A program made the translations under genes and the position numbers. A stretch of 57,281 nt of DNA. It comes from Minisyncoccota bacterium. Its GTDB lineage: Bacteria > Patescibacteriota > Minisyncoccia > Minisyncoccales > JAQTVQ01. The stretch spans positions 1 through 57,281 of the forward strand of contig JBAZHV010000001.1 of assembly GCA_041652155.1 (NCBI GenBank), given 5' to 3'. The notes beneath the pieces are model-generated. The model was not told where the DNA came from and did not search any database. It worked only from the letters and a program-made list of their open reading frames with translations. Below are positions 25,549-34,750 of this stretch, in pieces; position 1 is the first letter of the stretch; each line of letters starts with the position of its first letter.

Positions 25549-25584
25549 GTAAACGTTTACAACAAAAGGGCAATAAACTATAAT
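25546..25584 (+). promoter_or_regulatory. promoter with an 18-bp perfect palindrome over the -35
   Basis: GTTGTAAACGTTTACAAC (25546-25563). TTTACA (25556-25561), 17-nt spacer, TATAAT (25579-25584). Lies 25 nt before the receiver gene. Confidence 0.45.
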
Positions 25585-25608
25585 AGGCTTAAGCTTTTTA
25601 GCTAAATT

Positions 25609-25974
25609 ATGTCCAAAATACTTATCATCGAAGACGAAAAAATCTTATCGGAGATGTATCAGGATAAATTTGAGAAAGAAGGTTTTGAAATCGTTGTGGC
25701 TATGGATACCAAGGAGGGTATGGAGCTTCTCAAGAGCTGGAAGCCGGACCTGGTCCTTTTGGATATCCTTTTGCCCAACGAAAACGGGATCGAATTTTTA
25801 AAAAGAAAAAATTTGGATTCCGAAATATCTTCTTTGCCGGTCATAGTTTTTTCAAACTTTGACGATCCTGATACTAAAGAGGAAACTCTTTCTTTGGGCG
25901 TGAAAGAATATTTGATAAAATCGAACCACGACCCGAAAGAAATAGTCGCCGTATTAAGAAAACACACTAGATAG
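25609..25974 (+). CDS. single-domain response regulator receiver (CheY-like)
   Basis: IIEDE acidic pocket, phospho-acceptor context DLVLLDILLP, and VFSN...K in LIKS. No output domain. Confidence 0.9.
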   Translation: MSKILIIEDEKILSEMYQDKFEKEGFEIVVAMDTKEGMELLKSWKPDLVLLDILLPNENGIEFLKRKNLDSEISSLPVIVFSNFDDPDTKEETLSLGVKEYLIKSNHDPKEIVAVLRKHTR

Positions 25975-26021
25975 AAAGAGAAACTGCTTAATTTTAAATT
26001 TTTAATTTAATATTTTTATCT

Positions 26022-27395
26022 ATGGAAAGAACACTCTCAAAGGAAATACCGGGCCTTGTGGGCCAAAAAGTGAAAATGTGCGGATGGGTTGATACGATCA
26101 GAGCTCATGGAAAGATCGTCTTTTTTGACTTAAGGGACAGAAGCGGAATCGCCCAAGCCATTTTTATGTTAAGCAAGCAAGAACAAGATGCGGAAATGAA
26201 CGAAATGGCCAAAAAGCTGACTCCCGAGTGCGCGATAGAAATAGAAGGGTTGATAAAGGAAAGGCCTCAAGGAATGGAGAATAAAAAAATAGAAACAGGC
26301 GGAGTGGAAGTGCAGGTTGAAAAGATCAAGCTGGTAGGAAAGGCCGAGATATTGCCTTTTGATATCAAGGACCTTAACTCTGGCCTGCCGATAGTTTTAG
26401 ATCATAGGCCTCTGACCTTGAGAAATGAAAAGGTAAAAGCTGTTTTCAAACTGCAGGAAGAAATGATAGCTTCTTTTAGGAGAGCTCTTTCCAGCTTGGA
26501 TTTTACGGAATTTCAATCGCCCAGCATAATTCCTCAGGCCTCCGAAGGCGGGTCCGAGGTTTTTCATATCGATTATTTTGACTATAGCGCTTATCTCGCC
26601 CAAAGCCCGCAATTCTATAAACAAATACTAGTCGGCGTTTTTGAAAGAGTTTTCACTGTAAATCAGGCTTACAGAGCGGAACCGAGCATGACCACAAGGC
26701 ATCTCTGCGAATATACCAGCTTGGATGCCGAGATGGGATGCATTAATTCATGGGAAGAGTTGATGGACACCGCGGAATTGGTCACTAAGAACATACTTAC
26801 AGATATGCAAAAGAACCGCGCTAAAGAGCTGGCCATTTTTAACCCGCAGATATCGGATCTGAACGTTAAGTTTCCAAGAATAAAAATGCGCGAAGCGCAA
26901 AAAATAGTTTTGGAGAGGACCGGCAGGGACAACACAAAAGAACCTGATCTCCAGCCGGACGACGAAAAAGAACTTTGCAAATATGCCAAAGAAAAATACG
27001 GTTCTGACTTCATATTCATAACTCATTATCCTACTAAAAAAAGGCCGTTCTACACTTTTGCCGATCCGAACGATCCTGAATACACTTTGAGCTTCGATCT
27101 CTTGTATAATGGCCTAGAATTGATCAGCGGAGGGCAAAGGATTAACGACTATCAAACGCTCGTTGAAAATATCAAAAAATGGGGGAATAACCCCGAAAAT
27201 TTTGAATTTTATCTGCAAGCGTTCAAATACGGCATGCCGATGGAAGGAGGTTTTGCTTTCGGCGCCGAAAGGATGATAAAGCAGCTGCTAGGCTTGGAGA
27301 ATATCAGAGAAGCGACTCTTTTTCCCAGAGATATGGAACGCATCGATCAAAGGCTCTCCATTCTGCAGGGAGAAAAAAAGAAAGATAAAAACTAA
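26022..27395 (+). CDS. aspS: aspartyl-tRNA synthetase, archaeal/eukaryal-type (possibly non-discriminating)
   Basis: OB-fold N-terminus GWVDTIRAHGKIVFFDLRD. Class II motifs YRAEPSMTTRHLCEYTSLDAEM, GGQRI and GFAFGAERM. Confidence 0.85.
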   Translation: MERTLSKEIPGLVGQKVKMCGWVDTIRAHGKIVFFDLRDRSGIAQAIFMLSKQEQDAEMNEMAKKLTPECAIEIEGLIKERPQGMENKKIETGGVEVQVEKIKLVGKAEILPFDIKDLNSGLPIVLDHRPLTLRNEKVKAVFKLQEEMIASFRRALSSLDFTEFQSPSIIPQASEGGSEVFHIDYFDYSAYLAQSPQFYKQILVGVFERVFTVNQAYRAEPSMTTRHLCEYTSLDAEMGCINSWEELMDTAELVTKNILTDMQKNRAKELAIFNPQISDLNVKFPRIKMREAQKIVLERTGRDNTKEPDLQPDDEKELCKYAKEKYGSDFIFITHYPTKKRPFYTFADPNDPEYTLSFDLLYNGLELISGGQRINDYQTLVENIKKWGNNPENFEFYLQAFKYGMPMEGGFAFGAERMIKQLLGLENIREATLFPRDMERIDQRLSILQGEKKKDKN

Positions 27396-27409
27396 TTGCA
27401 AAACAGGCA

Positions 27410-28387
27410 ATGAACGGACAAGCTCGCAATCTTAAATTTTTTTTGTTCTTTGCGCTGATCTTTTTTATCTCTTTTTGGGCTGTAAGCTGGCTTCAAAAAG
27501 AAAAAACTCCTTACGGCTCTTTGACGGCTCAATTGGGAGAGGAGGGAACGGCGATGCGGCCAAACCGGGACGAGAAAACAACAGAAGCAAGAGATATCTC
27601 CAGCTCTACGTCCAGCGCCGCTCTTTCCTTTGATACGGATGCGAAAGCGGCGATAGCTGTTGCCGTTGCCCTCGACGAAAAGGAGGAAGAGGAGGTAAAA
27701 ATATTATTCGAAAAAGACGCGGATAAAAAACTTCCCATAGCCTCTCTGACCAAATTGATGACTGCCGCTATCGCGCTGGAAAATTATTCCCTTGAAGAAG
27801 AAATGGCGATAACCCAAAAAACGGCGGAGACGTCCTCTATGTCTCTTGATTTTTCCGGGGAAAAATTTACCGTCGAGAACGTTCTCCGCGTTATGCTGAT
27901 AGAATCGAACAATGATGCCGCCACTTCTTTAGCGGAAAGAATGGGCGAGAAAAAATTTATCGAGCTAATGAATTTTAAAGCCGCCGAACTAGGTATGGAC
28001 AGCACTTTATTCGTAAACCCGAACGGTTTGGACGAAAGCGATTCTTCGTTTAATATTTCCTCGGCTCTCGACCTGTCCAAGCTAGTCGTTTACATAGAAA
28101 ATAACTTTCCGTTTATCGGGCAAACACTTTCCAACAAAAAATTTACTGTGGTTTCGTCGGGCGGAAGATCTTACGATCTGGTGAATACGAACGTGCTTTT
28201 ATACGACCGCCAAACTGCTTGGGGAAAAACTGGCTACACTAAAAAAGCTAACGGCTGTATTATTAATATTGTTAAGCCGCAAGCAAAGAGCGGATACGCG
28301 ATAATAAATATAGTACTGGGCGCCGACGATCGTTTTTATGAGGCGCAAAGGCTTACCGATTGGATAAATAATTATTTTATTTGGTAA
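27410..28387 (+). CDS. D-alanyl-D-alanine carboxypeptidase (peptidase S11 / PBP5-like)
   Basis: Signal/anchor helix, SxxK (ASLTK), SxN (ESNND) and KTG (GKTGYT). Confidence 0.8.
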   Translation: MNGQARNLKFFLFFALIFFISFWAVSWLQKEKTPYGSLTAQLGEEGTAMRPNRDEKTTEARDISSSTSSAALSFDTDAKAAIAVAVALDEKEEEEVKILFEKDADKKLPIASLTKLMTAAIALENYSLEEEMAITQKTAETSSMSLDFSGEKFTVENVLRVMLIESNNDAATSLAERMGEKKFIELMNFKAAELGMDSTLFVNPNGLDESDSSFNISSALDLSKLVVYIENNFPFIGQTLSNKKFTVVSSGGRSYDLVNTNVLLYDRQTAWGKTGYTKKANGCIINIVKPQAKSGYAIINIVLGADDRFYEAQRLTDWINNYFIW

Positions 28388-28390
28388 AAA

Positions 28391-29494
28391 ATGAACACCG
28401 CTAATTTCGACGATCCCGTTTTTGGAGTCATCAGAATGCTGTTGTTGGCCGCATCGTCCTCCATATTGGCGATGATCCTGGCTCCGTTTCTGATAAAATT
28501 TTTGAATAAAATAAACTTCTGCAAAAAGAACGCCAGAACGAAAACCATTGACGGAAAGGACGCGGAATTCGTGAATTCGATCAATAAAGATAATGAGGTG
28601 TCCGTACCGCGGGGAGGAGGGGTTCTGATCTGGGGCACCGTCCTTATAGTAACGGCTTTTTTCTATCTGTTGTCTTTTGTCGGAGACCCCTGGTGGTTCA
28701 AAGAATTTAATTTTTTCTCAAGGAACCAAACCTGGCTGCCTTTGTTCACTTTGGTCGCCGCTTCCATCCTCGGACTCGTCGACGACGCTCTGACAGTTTA
28801 CGGAAAAGGCAAATATATCGGAGGGGGATTAAGCTTCTGGCGGAGACTGGCGGTGGTTTCCATTATCGGATTGGTGGGCGGATGGTGGTTCTATAATAAT
28901 CTTGGACACGCGACGATACATTTCCCTCTACTCTTCAATTTTCCGGAGGGAGCGAATATCTCGATCGGAATATTCTTTATTCCCTTGTTCGTCTTCGTAA
29001 TGCTGGCGAGCTGGGCGGGAGGAGTGATCGACGGCATAGACGGATTGTCGGGCGGAGTGTTCGCTTCGATCTTCGGGGCTTTTACGATCATTTCTTTCGC
29101 GCAAGGCAGTTATGATCTGGCTGCTTTCTGTGCCATCATCTGCGGAACCTTATTCGCTTTCTTATGGTTCAATATTCCTCCAGCCAAATTCTATATGGGA
29201 GAAACCGGAAGCCTTGGGCTCACTTCAACAATGGCAGTAATAGCATTTTTGACCGATTCCGTAACGGTTCTTCCGATCATAGCGGGATTGCTGGTGATAG
29301 AGGTAGGATCCATAATTTTACAGCTTCTTTCAAAAAAAATACGCCACAAAAAAATATGGATAGCCACTCCGATCCATCACCACTTCCAAGCTAAAGGATG
29401 GCACTCATGCCAAGTGACAATGAGATTTTGGATCATTGGCATTGTGCTTGCGATACTCGGAACAGTTCTCAGGCTGATGAGCATTTTAAAGTAA
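28391..29494 (+). CDS. mraY: phospho-N-acetylmuramoyl-pentapeptide transferase
   Basis: Multi-TM protein with VPRGGGV, GLVDDAL and IDGIDGLSGG motifs. Confidence 0.9.
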   Translation: MNTANFDDPVFGVIRMLLLAASSSILAMILAPFLIKFLNKINFCKKNARTKTIDGKDAEFVNSINKDNEVSVPRGGGVLIWGTVLIVTAFFYLLSFVGDPWWFKEFNFFSRNQTWLPLFTLVAASILGLVDDALTVYGKGKYIGGGLSFWRRLAVVSIIGLVGGWWFYNNLGHATIHFPLLFNFPEGANISIGIFFIPLFVFVMLASWAGGVIDGIDGLSGGVFASIFGAFTIISFAQGSYDLAAFCAIICGTLFAFLWFNIPPAKFYMGETGSLGLTSTMAVIAFLTDSVTVLPIIAGLLVIEVGSIILQLLSKKIRHKKIWIATPIHHHFQAKGWHSCQVTMRFWIIGIVLAILGTVLRLMSILK

Positions 29495-29559
29495 TATTTT
29501 CTTTCTCGGACAGGCGATCTAATCAAGATAAAACCGTGAACGCGATAAGCCTATTCCTA

Positions 29560-30972
29560 ATGTCTACTTTTCTCACGCTAAGAAAAAAACATCCTAAATT
29601 TATCTACAAAAAATATGACTGGACGATCTCAGATCAAGGATTGGAGATCTCTTTTGATTTTTTACTGGAACCGGATATCATCTTCCGGCCGAACATTCTG
29701 ATAGAAAAAGTTTCGCGGGAGCAGACAGAAAAGATAGGGGATGAGTCTTTGAACAATTTGATCTTTAATCTCGGTTTGATAGAGATGGCGAGCTATTGGA
29801 AGGCCGCTTGCTCGCCGGAAATAGTTATCGAAGCCGGGACGCTTTCGCTTCGGCAAAGAAAATGGTGGGAATGGCTGATCCTGAACGGCTTGGGCCAATT
29901 TTTTTATGAAAATAAAATAGACTTCACAAAGCCGGGGCTGTTTAAAATAACTAGCCCGAAAAATTCGGAAGGCGACGCGATAAAAAACGCAGGGACCTTT
30001 CCCAACCAAGACGACAAGACAATGCTGCCGATAGGCGGAGGGAAAGATTCGGCCGTAACCCTGGAGATTTTCAAAAGATCGGGCAAAAAGATGGTTTGCT
30101 TTGCCTTGAATCCCAGCAAAGACAGCCGGGCGGTGATGGCCGCGGCGGGATGCGATAATTTCATTGCCGTCAAACGCACGATCGACAAAAAACTGCTTAA
30201 GCTTAACAGACAGGGATATTTGAACGGGCACACCCCTTTTTCGGCTTACTTGGCGTTCTTGACCACGCTGACCGCCGCTTTATTCGATTGCCGGTACATT
30301 GCCGTTTCCAACGAAAGAAGTTCCAATGAAGCGACCCTGGACTATTTGGGTAAAAAAATAAATCACCAGTGGTCAAAAACTTTTTCTTTTGAGGAAAGAT
30401 TCCAGACTTACAGCAAAAAATATTTAAACAAAGGAATTCTTTATTTCAGTTTCCTCCGGCCGTTCTACGAATTGCAGATAGCCAAAATATTCAGCGGCTT
30501 CAAAAAATATTTCAATTCTTTTTTAAGCTGCAACGAAGCCTATAAAATTTACTCCGGCCAAAAGACTCCCGCCGGCCAATGGTGCTGTAATTGTTCCAAG
30601 TGCTTGTTCGCCTTCATTATTCTTTATCCTTTCCTGGGTAAAGAAAAAATGACCGGCATCTTTGGCCAGGATCTTTTTGCAAATGCCGATCTTCTAGAAA
30701 CAGTAAAAGAACTAACGGGGGAAAAACCGTCAAAGCCGCTGGAATGCGTAGGGGAGAGAAAAGAAAGCCTCGCAGCCTTTTATTTAAGCCTGATCAAGGC
30801 TAAAGAAGGATCAGAGAAAAAAATGCCGGTCCTGTTGGAATATTTTGAACGAAAGATAATGCCGAAACACAAAAATTTAGCGCGGCAGGCAAAAAAAATA
30901 CTGTCATCATGGAATAAAAAAAATTCTTTGCCCGAAGAATTCGAAAAAATACTTTTGCGAAAAAAAGCGTGA
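29560..30972 (+). CDS. PP-loop ATP-pyrophosphatase-like protein, candidate MurL-type UDP-MurNAc-L-Ala-L-Glu epimerase
   Basis: PP-loop-like LPIGGGKDSAVT, SNERSSNEAT and Cys cluster WCCNCSKC. Inserted between mraY and murD. Start placed at the ATG at 29560, after the mraY stop. Confidence 0.45.
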   Translation: MSTFLTLRKKHPKFIYKKYDWTISDQGLEISFDFLLEPDIIFRPNILIEKVSREQTEKIGDESLNNLIFNLGLIEMASYWKAACSPEIVIEAGTLSLRQRKWWEWLILNGLGQFFYENKIDFTKPGLFKITSPKNSEGDAIKNAGTFPNQDDKTMLPIGGGKDSAVTLEIFKRSGKKMVCFALNPSKDSRAVMAAAGCDNFIAVKRTIDKKLLKLNRQGYLNGHTPFSAYLAFLTTLTAALFDCRYIAVSNERSSNEATLDYLGKKINHQWSKTFSFEERFQTYSKKYLNKGILYFSFLRPFYELQIAKIFSGFKKYFNSFLSCNEAYKIYSGQKTPAGQWCCNCSKCLFAFIILYPFLGKEKMTGIFGQDLFANADLLETVKELTGEKPSKPLECVGERKESLAAFYLSLIKAKEGSEKKMPVLLEYFERKIMPKHKNLARQAKKILSSWNKKNSLPEEFEKILLRKKA

Positions 30973-31086
30973 GACTAGCTATATCAGATAAAAAAACGCC
31001 CTGCCGGGCGTTTTTTGTATCATCAGAATGATCAGCCTTTAATATCAACTTTGACGCGAACTGGTTTTAAAAATATAATCAATCTA

Positions 31087-32433
31087 ATGAAACTCTCCGA
31101 ATTAAAAGGGAAAAAGGTGCTGATCCTGGGTTTTGGAAGGGAAGGCCGGGATACTTTGAAATTTCTCAAAAAAACATTCCCAAAAAACACCTTTGGGATA
31201 GCGGATAGAATAAAAACCGCTGTTTTTAACGAAAAATTTCTAAAACTGGGGGCGGATAAAAATTTGAACAGGCATTTGGGGGAGGAATATCTAAGTTCGG
31301 TTGCCGAGTATGAGATCATCGTAAAAACTCCGGGCATCCCATTGACCGCTATTAAACCGTTCCTTAAAAAAGGAACAAAGATCACCAGCCAAACCGAGCT
31401 ATTTTTAGATAATTGCCCTGGACGGGTGGTTGGCATAACCGGCACCAAAGGCAAAAGCACTACCAGCTCTTTGATCTATAAAGTTTTGAAAACCGGAGGT
31501 AAAAAAGCTTATCTGGCGGGCAATATCGGGATCCCGGCCCTTTCTTATCTGGCCAAAGCAAAAAAAGGGGATATTTATGTCTTTGAAATGTCCTGCCACC
31601 AGCTGGCTGAATTGAAAACAAGCCCGGATGTCGCGGTTTTTCTCAATCTTTATCCCGAACATCTCGATTACTACAAAAATTTTTCCGCTTACGCTAAAGC
31701 GAAGGCTAATATAACCCTCTGGCAAGATAAAAAAGACTGCCTGATCTATAATCCCGACGATAAAAAAGTGAGCAGATTCGCGGCGGCCAGCCTGGCTAAA
31801 AAAATAAAAATAGATACCGCTGGAGTCGAAAAAACGATAATTTTGGAAGACATTCCTTTGAAAGGGGATTTCAATCTTATAAATGTTTCCGCCGCCATCA
31901 AAACGGGGGAAATATTCGGCATACCTAGAACAAAAATAGCCCAAGCGATAAAAAAATTCAAAACGCTGGATCACCGCCTGGAAAAGATCGGCCCGTATAA
32001 AGGAATAACTTTCTACAACGATTCTCTTTCAACCATAGAGCAAAGCGCCATCGCCGCAATCGAAGCTTTGGGCAACAACGTAGAAACGATATTCCTTGGC
32101 GGTTTTGACAGGGGACTGACTTTTAAGCATCTCTCGAAAAAGATCCTGTCCAGCGGCAATATTAAAACTTTGATCCTTTTTCCGACAACAGGCCGGAAGA
32201 TATGGAAAGAAATAAAAAGACAAAGCAAAGGAAGAATCAAGACTCCTCAAGCTTTTTTCGCAGACAATATGTCCGATGCGGTAAAACTTGGATATGAACA
32301 TACCTCAAAAGGAAAGATATGTTTGATGTCCTGCGCCTCGACAAGTTTTGGAATGTTTAGGGATTATCAGGAAAGAGGGGAATTATTTAAAAAATATATT
32401 AAAGAATTCGGCGAAAATGAAAAAAATAATTGA
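31087..32433 (+). CDS. murD: UDP-N-acetylmuramoyl-L-alanine--glutamate ligase (MurD; GREG-type N-terminus suggests MurD2)
   Basis: GKKVLILGFGREGRD, P-loop GTKGKSTTSS and Mur ligase C-terminal domain. Start at the ATG at 31087. Confidence 0.85.
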   Translation: MKLSELKGKKVLILGFGREGRDTLKFLKKTFPKNTFGIADRIKTAVFNEKFLKLGADKNLNRHLGEEYLSSVAEYEIIVKTPGIPLTAIKPFLKKGTKITSQTELFLDNCPGRVVGITGTKGKSTTSSLIYKVLKTGGKKAYLAGNIGIPALSYLAKAKKGDIYVFEMSCHQLAELKTSPDVAVFLNLYPEHLDYYKNFSAYAKAKANITLWQDKKDCLIYNPDDKKVSRFAAASLAKKIKIDTAGVEKTIILEDIPLKGDFNLINVSAAIKTGEIFGIPRTKIAQAIKKFKTLDHRLEKIGPYKGITFYNDSLSTIEQSAIAAIEALGNNVETIFLGGFDRGLTFKHLSKKILSSGNIKTLILFPTTGRKIWKEIKRQSKGRIKTPQAFFADNMSDAVKLGYEHTSKGKICLMSCASTSFGMFRDYQERGELFKKYIKEFGENEKNN

Positions 32434-33526
32434 AAGAAAAAAAATAGTTGAAATCAAACACCAGCCGGACTTTATTTTGCTGGGAACATTCGTTCTTCTG
32501 ATCTTGATCGGGATATTGGTCCTGGCGACCGCTTCGACCCCTTATTCCCTGCGAATGACCGACAGCCCGAATTATTTTTTGTTTAAACAACTGGCCGCGA
32601 TCTTTATAGGATCAATCTTGGGATTTATAGTTTACAAAATTCCTTTGGAAACGGTTAAAAAATACGGCAGCTGGGCTTTTTTCGGAGCTTTGGCCCTGAT
32701 GTTTTTGGTGTTTTTCCCCGTTTTCGGCAATGAGGTCAACGGCGCCACAAGGTGGATAAAAATAGGCGGTCTTTCCATATTGCAGCCCGCGGAACTGTTA
32801 AAAATAACCGCTATCATCTATTTAGCCAACTTGGTGAGCAAGCTTAATAAAAAGAAAAGTTTTTGGCCGTTCGCGGGGATAGTCGGGACGATCGCTTTAT
32901 CCTTATTACTGCAAAAAGATCTAAGCACCCTGATAATACTATGCTCCGCGGCCGGAGTGATCTACTTTTGCGGCAACGCTTCCTTGAAAAATATTTTTCT
33001 GCTTTTTGCGGCCGGAGTGATAGCCGTTGGCGCCTTCATTATGATCGAACCCTACCGCGTACAAAGGATACAAAACCTTTTTAATTCAAGCCGCGATTTG
33101 CTTGGAGCGGGATACCATCCGCAGCAAGCATTGATCTCGATAGGCTCGGGCCAAATGTTCGGTTCCGGTCTCGGACTAAGCGTGCAAAAGTTCGGTTTTT
33201 TGCCGGAATCCATAACCGATTCCATTTTTGCCATATTCGCGGAAGAAACAGGGTTTATAGGCTGTATCTTATTGATCGGTCTTTTTATGTTTTTTGCGTT
33301 CAGGGTGTTCTCTTTGGGCAAAAAAGTAAACGACGCGCCTTGCAAGCTGATCTCTTACGGAATCGGTTTTTGGATAATAGCTCAAACTCTGGTAAATATG
33401 GCTTCCATGACCGGGATGATCCCGGTCAGCGGCGTTCCGATGCCGTTCATAAGCTATGGAGGGTCGCATATAATATCAGAGTTTATTGCCGTGGGCGTAC
33501 TTTTAAATATATCTAAAAAAGCTTAG
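32417..33526 (+). CDS. ftsW: SEDS-family peptidoglycan polymerase FtsW/RodA
   Basis: 10-TM SEDS pattern with PAELLK, TDSIFAIFAEETGFIG and VPMPFISYGGS. Sits between murD and murG and overlaps the murD end. Confidence 0.85.
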   Translation: MKKIIERKKIVEIKHQPDFILLGTFVLLILIGILVLATASTPYSLRMTDSPNYFLFKQLAAIFIGSILGFIVYKIPLETVKKYGSWAFFGALALMFLVFFPVFGNEVNGATRWIKIGGLSILQPAELLKITAIIYLANLVSKLNKKKSFWPFAGIVGTIALSLLLQKDLSTLIILCSAAGVIYFCGNASLKNIFLLFAAGVIAVGAFIMIEPYRVQRIQNLFNSSRDLLGAGYHPQQALISIGSGQMFGSGLGLSVQKFGFLPESITDSIFAIFAEETGFIGCILLIGLFMFFAFRVFSLGKKVNDAPCKLISYGIGFWIIAQTLVNMASMTGMIPVSGVPMPFISYGGSHIISEFIAVGVLLNISKKA

Positions 33527-33624
33527 AATATATTTATAACTTTATTAAATTAAAATTTCCCGCATTATAAATACGGGGACAGCCTATAGCGGAGCTCTTC
33601 GCTCCGCGATCAAAAAAGTTTGCT

Positions 33625-34749
33625 ATGCCGAAAATAATATTTACCGGCGGAGGAACCGGAGGACACGTTTTTCCGATCGTTGCCGTTGCCAGGGAGATCA
33701 AAAAAAATTTTCCTGACGAAAAAATAAAAATGTATTACGTCGGGGCCAAAGATGATTTTTCTTCGGTCTTTTTGCCGCAGGAAGGAATAAAAACGATTTT
33801 TGTCCTGAGCGGAAAAGCCAGAAGGTATTTGACCTTCGGATCTTTTTTCCAAAATATTTTTGATATATTCGTAAAGGTCCCCTTGGGATTTTTCCAGTCG
33901 TTCTTTTTTCTTTTCTTTCTGATGCCGGATGCGATATTCAGCAAGGGAGGGTACGGATCGGTGGGAACGGTGATCGCCGGATCAATTCTGGCGGTGCCTG
34001 TCGTCATGCACGAGTCAGACATAACCCCCGGGCTGGCCAATAAGATCTGCAGCAATTTTTCCTCTAAAATATTCGTCTCTTTTCCACCCAAAGAAACAGA
34101 GTATTTTCCTTTAAAAAAAATGATTTACTCCGGCAACCCCGTCAGAGAAGACTTGGCGCGGGGAAGCAGAGAGGAAGCTGCTGAAATTTTCGGCCTGCAT
34201 TCCGATAAACCGGTTATCTTGATCTTGGGCGGATCTCAAGGAAGCGAGAGAATAAATGAAACCGTTATGGCCATCCTTCCGAATATGATCGCCGATTTCG
34301 AGGTCGTACATCAATCGGGGGACAAAAACATCAAACAAATAAAAGAAGAGTCTGAAGCGTTTCTTACCCCTCAAGCCAAAGAATATTATCACCTTTATCC
34401 TTTTTTGGCCGAAACTCAATTGAAACACGCGTATGCCGCCGCCGATTTCATAGTCGCGCGAAGCGGAGCGGGATCGATCTTCGAAATCGCCGCAGCCGGC
34501 AAGCCGAGCCTTTTGGTACCGCTATCGGAATCGGCGCAGAATCATCAGCTGAAAAATGCTTACAACTTTGCGAGAGCAGGGGCATGTATCGTGCTGGAAG
34601 AGGGGAATATGACGCCGCATTTCTTTTTAGAAAAGATCAAAGACAGCTTTTTATCGGAACAAACGGAAACAATGGCTCAAAAAGCCAAAGAATTCGCCAG
34701 GCCGAACGCCGCTAATCAAATCTCAAATTTTCTGCTAGAATATCTCTAA
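33625..34749 (+). CDS. murG: undecaprenyldiphospho-muramoylpentapeptide beta-N-acetylglucosaminyltransferase
   Basis: FTGGGTGGHVFP, GGSQGS, RSGAGSIFE and QNHQLKNA. Confidence 0.9.
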   Translation: MPKIIFTGGGTGGHVFPIVAVAREIKKNFPDEKIKMYYVGAKDDFSSVFLPQEGIKTIFVLSGKARRYLTFGSFFQNIFDIFVKVPLGFFQSFFFLFFLMPDAIFSKGGYGSVGTVIAGSILAVPVVMHESDITPGLANKICSNFSSKIFVSFPPKETEYFPLKKMIYSGNPVREDLARGSREEAAEIFGLHSDKPVILILGGSQGSERINETVMAILPNMIADFEVVHQSGDKNIKQIKEESEAFLTPQAKEYYHLYPFLAETQLKHAYAAADFIVARSGAGSIFEIAAAGKPSLLVPLSESAQNHQLKNAYNFARAGACIVLEEGNMTPHFFLEKIKDSFLSEQTETMAQKAKEFARPNAANQISNFLLEYL

Positions 34750-34750
34750 T

